DNA of 63,597 bases, counting the filler, from Octopus bimaculoides (Eukaryota): assembly GCF_001194135.2 (NCBI RefSeq). It is 4 parts of 4 records of this genome, joined end to end, with 100 filler letters (N's around TTAATTAATTAA, not from the genome) between each part and the next. Parts side by side here need not be neighbours in the genome. Positions count along the whole stretch, not along the records: positions 31,593 to 59,974 come from NC_068981.1; positions 60,075 to 62,149 come from NW_026351276.1; positions 62,250 to 63,597 come from NW_026298379.1; 1 more part is not named here. The stretch is one strand, 5' to 3'. The notes under the pieces are model-generated. The model worked only from the letters and a program-made list of their open reading frames with translations, did no database searches and was not told the origin of the DNA. The position numbers and the translations under genes are program-made. Positions within the stretch are counted from its first letter, which is position 1, and the number at the start of each line of letters is the position of its first letter. Positions 53,191-63,597 of this stretch are shown piece by piece.

Positions 53191-53877
53191 TTCTGTGCCC
53201 ACAAAAATACAGAATTTTTTTTTAAAAACCGGAAGACACGGGAGCAAAGAAAACGAAATAATGAAATTATTTACATTCATATTATCTACGCTCATACTCT
53301 CTACAAGAGCACGTCTTACCAAATTGGTTGTGCTGAGATTTTACGTTAGAAATATATTCAGTTTTCATTATGATGCACATACTGTTCTGTAATAACCACT
53401 GCTGACAGCATTTAAAGTGAAAAATATACCACGAAGCTCCTGCGGTGCAGAATTATGGAAATGATTTTCTGTTTAGTGTTAAATTGCTTCTGCATGCCAT
53501 GTGCTATACTGGTAATTTGAATGTGGTAGTCATTAGAAGAATCTGCAGAATTTTACTGCATGCATGCATCTATGTAAGTGCATACGTGTATGCGAGCGTG
53601 AACCTGTATATGCTTGTGTTCGCGTATGTATGTGTGGGTGTGTCATGTGTTATGAAAGGGAAGATTTTGTAGTGAGTGTCGCTTTTCAAGGAGAGGAAGC
53701 GTAAGAAGCTTTTTAGTTAAAATAGCTTCCGTTTCAATTTGAAGTTCATATTCGTGAGTGATGAATGTAGCACAGAGGTAGAAGCAGCAGAGAGCCTAAA
53801 TATAAGTCAAATTTATGCAACTTTCTTGCATTGAAAGTTCAAACTTTGCGAGAGTCAAATTTGCTCCAGGGTTATAA

Positions 53878-54030
53878 CTTGCTGTAAAGAGTTTGCTTCC
53901 AAACCACTTGGTTCCGAGTTCAGTCCCTCTGCGTGACACCTTCGCAGTTGTCTTCTGTTATAACCTTAGGCTTACCAAAACCTTGTGAGCGGATTTGGTA
54001 GACAGAAACTGAAAGAAGCCTGTCCTACAT
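53878..54030 (+). mobile_element. SINE family A, 5' half
   Basis: ggttccgagttcagtccc...ccttgtgagcggatttggtagacagaaactgaaagaagcc. Confidence 0.85.
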
Positions 54031-54258
54031 ATATGTGTGCGTGCGTGTGTGTTTGTGTGTGCGTGTATCTTTGTATGTGTGGGTGTGTATAATCTGATAT
54101 ATATGGCAGCGTGCAATGCTTTATTTAAAAGGAAAACTATAATTCTCAATAGATATGATGTGACTAGGGTGTTAGAACACCTACATTGCTAGAAATGAGA
54201 GCTAAAATGCTCTAATTCTGTAATTAAAGGACATAATTGTATACATATGTGCTACTAT

Positions 54259-54538
54259 ATTCTTCTGATCCATCACAACTAGTAGTGTTACTCCGTCGTC
54301 TTGGAAATGCAGTGGTTATAGAGTGTGAGCAAAGGTGGTAGATTATCGGAGTCAGCAGAGAAGATAGTGAAAACGTTTATTCCAAAGACACTATATATAG
54401 TAAGCTTGTCTTTGGAATGAACGTTTTCACTGTCTTCTCTGCTGACTCCGATAATCTACCACCTTTGCTCAATCTCTGTAACCACTGCATTGCCAAGACT
54501 ACGGAGTAACACTACTGGTTGTGATGGATCAGAAGAAT
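54259..54538. repeat. Long foldback: 132-bp arms, 16-nt loop, 8 mismatches, no indels
   Basis: 54259-54390 aligned by hand to the reverse complement of 54407-54538. Confidence 0.95.
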
Positions 54539-55151
54539 GGACCGTTTTGGCTGACGAATGTTGCTTCTGTGTTTTTCGACCGTCATCTGAACTGCATCTG
54601 GTGGTACAACTAATGGTTTAGAGATCAGTTTCATACACCTAGTACTGTTACGAGTTCTGCTGATTTCCACCCCACTCCCTCTCTCTCTCCTTCTATCTCT
54701 CCTCCTCTCCTATTTTCCTCCTCTCCTATTTTCCTCTCTCCACTCTTCTTTCTCTTTCTTTCTCTCTGCTTTTCTAGTTCTTCGAGGGAGAAGACCCTTA
54801 AGCGGATCTTACTACCACTTGTGTAGCAACTAGGTTTCCTATTCTGCATTCACACTAAGGCATAGCTCAGATATAAGCCTGTAATTTTCAGAGATCATTA
54901 GGCTTTATATGCCCATACAAATTCCTCTCGGCCATATGCCACTTTTTATGACATCACCACTCACAACCTGCCTGTATCACAACCTGCTACCAAGTTAACA
55001 ACAAGCAAGAAGTCAATGTTACTGCCTACACCCCTGACAGTAATTTTTGTGTTGACCTGGTTTCTATTTTGTGCTATGATCAGGTGTGAGCATCAGAGCC
55101 AGCGCTTATTGCTTTGCCTCATCCATTTTATGATTTTATGGTTTTATCCAG

Positions 55152-55169
55152 TTGACGAGCAGTAGAAAA
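55152..55169 (+). CDS. Candidate 18-nt microexon (LTSSRK)
   Basis: ttttatggttttatccag|TTGACGAGCAGTAGAAAA|gtaagt; splice signals only. Confidence 0.15.
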
Positions 55170-55459
55170 GTAAGTTGAGAAACTTTTAGCAGCACAATGC
55201 TGGTTCCTGCCAATTATTGTGTGTGGTGGTGATAGAATATTTCGCAAAATAGCTTCTGAAGTGGAAAGATACGATTCAGCGCAGCTATTTCGATGCTAGC
55301 AATGTGAAACGGCTAGCTGGCTATTGCACTTGTTTTGGCGACAGTAATTTTGACACTAATCTCTCTTTATTTAAGCATAAAGCCCCAACATAAAATAGAC
55401 ATTACAAGGACAGACAACACAAAACGTGGGGTACATGTAACGAATGATGAATATATATA

Positions 55460-55622
55460 GGCGCAGAAGTGGCCGTGTGGTAAGTAGCTTGCTTACCAAC
55501 CACATGGTTCCGGGTTCAGTCCCACTGCGTGGCATCTTGGGCAAGTGTCTTCTACTATAGTTTCGGGCCGACCAAAGCCTTGTGAGTGGATTTGGTAGAC
55601 GGAAACTGAAAGAAGCCCGTCG
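55460..55622 (+). mobile_element. SINE family A, 5' half, then gap
   Basis: ggcgcagaagtggccgtgtggtaag...gaagcccgtcg. Confidence 0.92.
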
Positions 55623-55624
55623 TA

Positions 55625-55663
<39 letters not shown>

Positions 55664-55919
55664 NNNNNNNNNNNNNNNNNNNNNNNNNNNNNNNNNNNNN
55701 NNNNNNNNNNNNNNNNNNNNNNNNNNNNNNNNNNNNNNNNNNNNNNNNNNNNNNNNNNNNNNNNNNNNNNNNNNNNNNNNNNNNNNNNNNNNNNNNNNNN
55801 NNNNNNNNNNNNNNNNNNNNNNNNNNNNNNNNNNNNNNNNNNNNNNNNNNNNNNNNNNNNNNNNNNNNNNNNNNNNNNNNNNNNNNNNNNNNNNNNNNTA
55901 AAAGAGTATATAATGAAAT

Positions 55920-56520
55920 ATTTATAATGAAAAAAATGAAATGGCTTACGAGCCCCCCAAAGCTCGCAGTCCCATTTTACTGTTCTTTTAATCAGTCTCT
56001 TATCTTTTTATCGTTCGTCCGTTATATGTTCGAGCAGATCCTCTCTCCCAATCACACTGGGCAGATTCTCATATCTCACATATATATCCGTGTAGTTAAT
56101 TAATTCCGGGAACGTTCCTATTAGTTTTTGTATCCTCTCTGTTTCCAGCAACACTGCTTTCTCATGTGGTTCAAACAATTCTGGTTCCAGTCTTACTCTA
56201 ATCGCACCTTTTATCTTCGTTATCCTCCTTTCCAATTCTATATCTTTCTTATAGATCATTAACATTCTTAAATTTCGACCCCAAGGTCTTCCCATTCTTC
56301 TTGCTCGTGTACTTTATTCAACCACTCTTCCATTTTCTTCAGTCTAATTCCGTCATTTTCACCAATTTCTTCTACCTCCGGTTCCGTAGTTCGATTCTCT
56401 GTGTCTTCTGTTTCATCCACATATTTCTTTTTTGCCTTCCCTGCTTTTCTTTTCTTTAGGATTTTGGGTGGTGACTCCACCGTCGACCATTTGACACTGG
56501 TGGCAAACACACATACACAC
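55920..56520 (-). mobile_element. Degenerate LINE ORF1-like relic
   Basis: Frameshifted K/E-rich reading KKRKAGKAKKKYVDETED...RRITKIKGAIRVRLEPELFEP...WGARKP with no splice signals; family not identified. Confidence 0.4.
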
Positions 56521-56742
56521 GGACTCACGCGCATTAATAGGCTCATAGAGAGAAAGAGAAATAGAGCGGGAGAAAGGGAGAGAGAGGGAGAAAGGGAGAG
56601 AGAAGGAGAAAGGGAGAGAGAGTGAGCGTGTGTATGTGTGTATGTGAATGTGTGTGCGCGTGTGCGCGTGTGCGCGTGTGTATGTGTGAGAGAGAGTGTG
56701 TGTGTGAGTCTGAGTGTGTGTGTGCAGAAGAGAGGAGAGTGT

Positions 56743-56779
<37 letters not shown>

Positions 56780-56800
56780 TGTGTGTGTGTGTGTGTGTGC

Positions 56801-56849
<49 letters not shown>

Positions 56850-57599
56850 TGTGTGTGTGAGAGCGAGAGAGAATGGAGAGAGATATTATAATTTATCAAT
56901 TGAACACGTTTATTATAAACACTTTCCCTTTCTTCGTATACATAAAGAGAAATATTCCCACACACGCAAACAGAAAGAGAACGAGAGAAACATTAAAACG
57001 TTTGACGTTAAATAAGTTAACATCAAATCAGCGATGCCATACAGACGGTACCAAAACAGCTGTGCCAATACGTCTCATACTCTTCTGAAGACACTAACAT
57101 TTACTCTCAACTAAATGTAAATATGTGGGTGTTGCTCTTGTTTTTCGCTTTTTCGCTTCGAATTTTAAATGAACATCGTCATCATTAGTTGCTTCACAAT
57201 TTTTTCTTTGTGTTTGTTTCCCCTGTTCTGTAACTTTCGTTTGTTTTCTGTCTTTCTTCTTTTAAATCTTTGCAAGTGATCTGTTTCTTATAATGTTTTG
57301 GCTAGGAGCATATATATTTGTGTTAACGCTACCACAATTTTGACAAGAGTCTCTCCTCGCTACAGATATATAAGACATCTTGGAATATGAATAAACGGAA
57401 AATATGAAACAAAAATATTTCAAAAGGAACAAAGTTTAAGAACAGAGTCGCCTCTTACCGATAGAACTCAATGTAAGACAATACAAAAAGATCCTTAAAT
57501 TGATAGAAAAATCTTCAATGTGCAGCACAACCAGTTAAGGAAAGGAACAAGAATGACAATAATAGTTTTTGCTTCAGGCTCAACTCCTGCAGATTTGTG

Positions 57600-57870
57600 A
57601 AACAAAGGTTGGCCGATAGAGCTTCACTATTTTATTTACCCTCGAAAGGAACTGAACTCAAAACGTAGTCTCCGAAGAAACACCGTAAGGTCTTTACCGA
57701 CACCCTAACTTGCAACAAACTTTGTAGATGCGTGTTTGATATTTATTTCCTTGACCCCCAGAAAGAAGATTACCAAAGTTGACCGTGGAAGGATTTGAAC
57801 GTAAACATAAAAGGCTACTTAGGGCAAAATCTCTTGTGTCTGGCAGTATACTATTTTTGACACTCACCGC
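57600..57870 (-). mobile_element. Two degenerate SINE family B fragments
   Basis: tttatttaccctcgaaaggaactgaactcaaaacg; gacccccagaaagaagattaccaaagttgaccg...cactcaccgcc. Confidence 0.6.
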
Positions 57871-58364
57871 CTTAATATTGATAAGAAATACGACAGTAAG
57901 TAGCTGGAGGCCCTTATGGTTAACTAGACAGCAATTATAGATATCCTTGGACAGAGATCATATATTAGTATGAAAGAATGCTACATTTACAATCGATTGA
58001 AATTATGTATCTTTTACCTGGTCACAGAATATTAATTTAGTCTCTTACTAAGAAGCTTATGAGATTAACAGTAATAACAGGATTACTAGAATAGGTGATA
58101 TATTCAATATATAATCTGTCCGACAAGAAATATATTTTACCCAATAAAGTATTATATATACTGAGCAGGCTATATTGACACAAATTTCTCTGGTAATACT
58201 CGGAACTAAAAGGCGAGTGGAAAAATAATAAGCGTGTTTTGATCTGAGAAAATGGTCGTTGGTCTTATAATCAATTGTGGAAGAAGAAACCTGTTTTATC
58301 TTACTGTAGTGTGAATTGGACGAACAGAGACACGTTGGGAGTGAACCGGCATCAAGAAATATTG

Positions 58365-58570
58365 GTTTTAAAATTTATCACAAGACCAGCAATTTCTGGG
58401 AGGTAGTACGTCGATTACATCAACTCCAGTGCTCAACTGATACTTGTTTTATCAACCCCGAAAGGTAATGTCGACCTTAGTAGAATTTCAACTCAGAACA
58501 TAAAGATAGACAAAATGTTGCTAAGCATCTGGCTCGGCGTGTTAACGATTCTGCCAGCTCGCCACTTTTA
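58365..58570 (-). mobile_element. SINE family B with 16-bp TSD
   Basis: Perfect TSD gcatcaagaaatattg at 58349-58364 and 58571-58586. Confidence 0.9.
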
Positions 58571-59844
58571 GCATCAAGAAATATTGAAAACAACTCTGCA
58601 AGGCAGGGAAACGTGTTGATGTACAGTTCATTACAATACAGTAATATTATTCACACTTTTAGCTGCCACATAACCAGTATCATTATGGCGAGTAGTTCAA
58701 TTGTATATTAATTCAACTATCTATGACTCTAGTAAAAAAAATGAGATATTTATGAAATAATTGGTTTGTTAAAAGTGTTAAAAAATCCTTCAATTCAACT
58801 GAAGATACCTACAGGGAAAAACTGGTTACAACATTGTAGAGGACACCCAACTCCACAAGCTGAAAGTTATTTATTATTCCAACATACATATGTTCTTGGC
58901 GAATTCTAAAGAAAATTAAACGCCACTACTCTTTATTCAGTTATCATCTCAATAAATATTTACTTCCACTCTATTTTATGTATTCATTGTTTTGTTTTAA
59001 ATTGCGCTTTTCCCGTTTTTTTTTTCAAGCAGGAATACACAACAGCAACAATAACATGTATGTATATATATATACATGGCAAATGAAATACGGCAGATGG
59101 AATATACGAGAATCTATTATTAATCATTTTAGTTTTCACAGGAAGATTATACATTAAGGTGAGAGATCAAAAATATGCTATAAAAGTTAAATTTCAATTT
59201 AAATATGTACTAATTATAGCCTAAGATAAACATGGCAGATGTTAAAATACCACACTATATAAGTTTGCTACTTTTTAAAATATTTAAAAGTGCGAGTGGA
59301 ACAATGTACACACAATACTCTAAGGTCTTATCTGTTATTAATCAGGTTAGTATTGTTTCTGAGTTTAAAAATTTCATATGTTTCCATGGAACATAGCTCA
59401 CATCCATATCTGCTATTTCTGTAAGTTGAGCTTTTCTTATAATTTTCCATTTAAAGGTAAAACTGGTATCCTTTCCTTTAATTCCCAAATTTTATTTGAT
59501 AGCGTCGTACAATTAGCCTTATGTTTAAGTCTAAATTATGACAGGTGGTTATATATACGCTGTTTCAAATTATCGTACACCCCACGTAAATATAATTATC
59601 AGTTATAGTACTTATTGTGCATTTATATACTACGTTTCTGGTGAGACATCGGCCTAATAACGTTGTCCACTTATATTATTAATTGTTATTATCAATTCAA
59701 TTATTTTATCCTTGATAATAATAGAGTTCATAGCATCTTCGCAAATATTTTCGGCTAAATTATTTGCTCCGTATCGGAATTATTTTTTCACACTGAAAAT
59801 CCTATGATTTGGCACAAAACAAATTAGTCCCAAAATAAATTCAA

Positions 59845-59947
59845 TCCCACTGTGTGGCACCTTGGGCAAGAGTCTTCTACTATAGCCTCGGGTCGACCAA
59901 AGCCTTGTCAGTGGATTTGGTAGACGGAAACTGAAAGAAGCCCGTCG
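59845..59947 (+). mobile_element. SINE family A core fragment
   Basis: ggcaccttgggcaagagtcttctactatagcctcggg...gaagcccgtcg. Confidence 0.9.
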
Positions 59948-60270
59948 TATATATGTATATATATATATATATATNNNNNNNNNNNNNNNNNNNNNNNNNN
60001 NNNNNNNNNNNNNNNNNNTTAATTAATTAANNNNNNNNNNNNNNNNNNNNNNNNNNNNNNNNNNNNNNNNNNNNCACACACACACACACACTCACACACA
60101 CACACACACACATATATACACACAAGTCTGTATATATATATATCGATAGATGGTTATATAGACAGATAGATACATAAATACATACATACATATATACATA
60201 TATTCATAGAAAGGACATAAATAGATAGTCAGTGAGATAGATGGATAGATAGACAGATAGATTGACAGAC

Positions 60271-60306
<36 letters not shown>

Positions 60307-60557
60307 GGTTGGATAGATAGATAGAATGACAGATAATAATGTAGCTGTATTTATGGATATCTCGACAGTGAAACTCAAAAGATGGATTTTGATAGATTGA
60401 TTGCAAAAAGATGAATCCTAGAAATAGATACATTGGTGCCGATATGGACATGTTAAACAACGACTGTCTTATTAATACATTCATTAACCTTCTTTACCGC
60501 TTCCCCCACTGTCTCACTCTCTAGCTTTATATATGTGTGTGTGTGTGTTTATATATA

Positions 60558-60662
60558 CAGGGTTGGACAAAATAATGGAAACACCTTAGAATTTCAAACA
60601 AATTTATTTTAATATGGAGTAGAACCGACTTTGGCAGTAATTACAGCTTGAATTCTACAAGG
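60558..60662 (+). mobile_element. Single end of a Tc1-like element
   Basis: TA|cagggttggacaaaataatggaaacacc is a Tc1-type TIR start; no partner TIR seen. Confidence 0.6.
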
Positions 60663-60663
60663 T

Positions 60664-60815
60664 AGAAAAAAGCTGATTCGAAGTCTACAGATCCGATCCA
60701 TCACTGGAACTGTAAAAATCTGTAAAACTTTCCTGAAGTTTATCGTTTAAATATATATGAACATGTCTAGATATGCAAGTATATGTATGAGAATACATAC
60801 ATAAAGCAAAACATA
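60664..60815 (+). mobile_element. RLE-type LINE extreme 3' end, copy 1
   Basis: ccatcactggaactgtaaaaatctgtaaaactttcc...gtctagatatgc, ending in (CATA)n; homologous to 61063-61180. Confidence 0.7.
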
Positions 60816-60957
60816 CATACATACATACATACATACATGCATACATACCCTGTTGTTGATGTTGAAATTCGATTGAAGGAGTCTTGAATCTAGGTTAGAA
60901 ACCGGCTCTTTCTCTGTTTGGCAAGAAATCTTGAAATAAAACTGAACGATGACATAC

Positions 60958-61180
60958 ATAGGAGCCCTGGGATATGTCACACACTGCCTAAATGCCAATC
61001 TTGAGCAATTAGGCTTCTCAAAACTAGAAAAGAGAAAGCCGATTTGAAGATTAAGGTTCAAGCCATCACTGGAACTGTAAAGATCTGTAAAACTTTCCAG
61101 AAGTTTATTATTTGAATATATATGAGCATGTCTAGATATGCAACTATATGCATGAGAAGACATACATGAAGCAAAACACA
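60958..61180 (+). mobile_element. RLE-type LINE extreme 3' end, copy 2
   Basis: IGALGYVTHCLNANLEQLGFSKLEKRKADLKIKVQAITGTVKICKTFQKFII*; IGALG is typical of the RLE C-terminus. Confidence 0.75.
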
Positions 61181-61643
61181 CGAGTCTGCATATATACATA
61201 CACACAACCATCCATCCATCTTTCCATGCATCCATCCATCCATACATACATACGTATAGTTTATTTTGTTTTCGTTAAACTAAGGTCAGCCAATCAAATC
61301 CTCCATCCACTGAGAGAGAGATGTTATTTAATGTACACAATATACAGTTATGAGCTACCAATAGTTTCATGCTTTGGAGATGTAGTCTAGGCAAGTTTTA
61401 ACGAGATGGCTTGTATCTCCAAGCAAATTTTACGGGCTCTGAGCACATGTTCTATACAGTTTACAAATCAGAGAAATCGCGAGAGAAAAAGAGAAGATAT
61501 TTGCAAACGGTTGAAGGGTGAATAAAAACGGAAAACGGAAATAAGAAAGAAAATTAGGAATGTTCTATTTGACTGTAAAGTGATAATGAAGGTGGTTGAT
61601 GTAGAATGAATCAACAGAGAGGGGTACAGAGTCTATGACTCAC

Positions 61644-61778
61644 CTGCTTAATCCAAAGAAGATAGTGACCTCCAAATCGCCAAAGCATGTTGCTGGAAAT
61701 TTCTGCTATGGAATTCGGCCGTGCGGTCGGGGTTCTTTGATCTAGAAAAGGTAAGCAATCTTTCAGGTATGCGTACGT
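61644..61778 (-). CDS. Candidate exon (5' or internal) of a minus-strand gene
   Basis: Perfect donor CAG|GTGAGT at 61644/61643; CpG-rich unique sequence; 135-nt phase 0-0 frame TYAYLKDCLPFLDQRTPTARPNSIAEISSNMLWRFGGHYLLWIKQ after tctttcag|; ATG at 61688. Confidence 0.35.
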
Positions 61779-62364
61779 CTGAAAGATCGCACATCAGGTC
61801 TTTATGTTTTAAAGTTGCCGCTATAATGCATCGATAGAGCTTCAGGACAGTTTCCGTCGACTCAGTTTCAATTCGTGGTGCCTGCGTTGCAAAGAATATC
61901 TGAGAATATCTGAGAACTAGTATTTGTCCTCGAACCTGCTTCCCACGTGGTTGCACAGCGAACTTCTTCATCCCCACCAGCCATAAACACATCCATCCAT
62001 CCATACATACATACATACATACACACATACATACGCACTATATTGCGCCTATATTTATGTATGCGCGTATGGATAGATCTACGTGTGTATATATATATAT
62101 GTACGTATACATATATATAGATATATATACATATATACATTATATATATNNNNNNNNNNNNNNNNNNNNNNNNNNNNNNNNNNNNNNNNNNNNTTAATTA
62201 ATTAANNNNNNNNNNNNNNNNNNNNNNNNNNNNNNNNNNNNNNNNNNNNACTGCTGTCTGGTGACAAGTTTTCTCAAATCCCAAGGATTTTTGACGAATA
62301 GAAGTCGGGACTTTTCTGCATGTTGACAATGCGAATCTCAATTCCAATATCGTTCAGCCTTTTC

Positions 62365-63597
62365 ATCCATCATCATCCATCATCCACCATCATCCATCAT
62401 CCACCATCATCCATCATCCGCCATCATCCATCATCCTCCATCATCCATCATCCAGCATCATCCATCATCTACCATCATCCATCATCATCCATCATCCATC
62501 ATCCATCATCCATCATCCATCATCATCATCATCATCATCCTTCATCCATCATCAATCATCCATCATCAATCATCAATCATCCATCATCCATCATCCATCA
62601 TCAATCATCAATTATTAATCACCCAGCATCAATCACCAATCATCAATCATCAATCATCAATAATCTATCATCCATCATCAATCATCATCCACCATCATCC
62701 TTCACCCATCACCAATCATCAATCATCAATCATCCATCATCAATCATCAATCATCAATCATCAATCATCCACCATCATNNNNNNNNNNNNNNNATCCATC
62801 ATCCACCATCATCCATCATCCACCATCATCCATCATCATCACCCATCATCAATCATCCATCATCGATCATCAATCCTCGATAATCTATCATCCATCATCA
62901 ATCATCATCCACCATCAGCCTTCACCCATCACCAATCATCAATCATCAATCATCAATCATCAATCATCAATCACCAATCATCAATCATCAGTCATCAATN
63001 NNNNNNNNNCAATCATCAATCACCAATCATCAATCATCAGTCATCAATCATCAGTCATCAGTCATCAGTCATCAATCACCCACCATCAATCATCAATCAT
63101 CCACCATCAATCATCAATCATCCACCATCAATCATCAATCATACATCATCCATTATCATCATCCTTCACCCATCATCAATCATCTATCATCAATCATCCA
63201 TCATCAATAATCCATCATCAATCATCCATCATCCATCATCAATCATCCATCATCAATCATCCACCATCAATCATCCACCATCATCTATCATCCATCACCC
63301 ATCATCAGTCATCCNNNNNNNNNNATCAATCATCCACCATCATCTATCATCCATCACCCATCATCAGTCATCCATCAACAATCATCCACCATCAATCATC
63401 AATAATCAATCACCCATCATCAATCATCCNNNNNNNNNNATCATCCACCATCAATCATCAATAATCAATCACCCATCATCAATCATCCATCATCAATCAT
63501 CCGTCATCAAGCATCCGTCATCAATCATCAATCATCCATCATCAATCATCCACCATCATCATTATCATCAATCATCAATCATCAATCATCAATCATC
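62365..63597. repeat. Heptamer minisatellite with variant units (CCATCAT, CAATCAT, CAGTCAT, CCACCAT), running off the window
   Basis: Directly visible 7-bp periodicity. Confidence 0.92.

Noticed and set aside
60698-61180. Local 120-bp segmental duplication
   Set aside because: Better explained as two 5'-truncated 3' ends of the same RLE LINE
62320-62883. His/Ser/Pro-rich 187-aa ORF as a structural protein
   Set aside because: A by-product of a G-free 7-bp satellite; I see no resemblance to known cephalopod His-rich proteins or reflectins

Overview
This is not a prokaryotic window. It is repeat-dense, AT-rich animal genomic DNA from a gappy draft assembly, with roughly 5 kb of N. The SINE families, microsatellite load and TE mix look most like an octopus genome; that is recognition from memory, not a database result. 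Nearly every ORF in the supplied track is a microsatellite or N-run artefact, or a decayed transposon fragment. What can be supported is: three tRNA-derived SINE families (my labels A, B, C; more than 20 copies); Tc1/mariner relics and MITEs; Penelope-like RT and GIY-YIG fragments; RTE, CR1/L2-group, L1/Tx1-like ORF1 and R4/Dong-type (RLE) LINE fragments; a TGT...ACA foldback MITE with a 5-bp TSD; several long inverted repeats; and mini- and microsatellites. No complete host gene, rRNA, tRNA gene or CRISPR array can be supported. A few minus-strand exon candidates and a SINE orientation bias suggest the window may be largely intronic to a minus-strand gene, but this is low confidence. I did not find a demonstrably new biological system. 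The best leads are a 132-bp-arm foldback with context-biased mismatches, a Ginger-like MITE, a possibly (CATA)n-targeting RLE retrotransposon, a rearranged mariner copy with (TTAGGG)2 at its junction, and a candidate minus-strand exon chain. Element boundaries were read by eye and are approximate unless a TSD or TIR is quoted.
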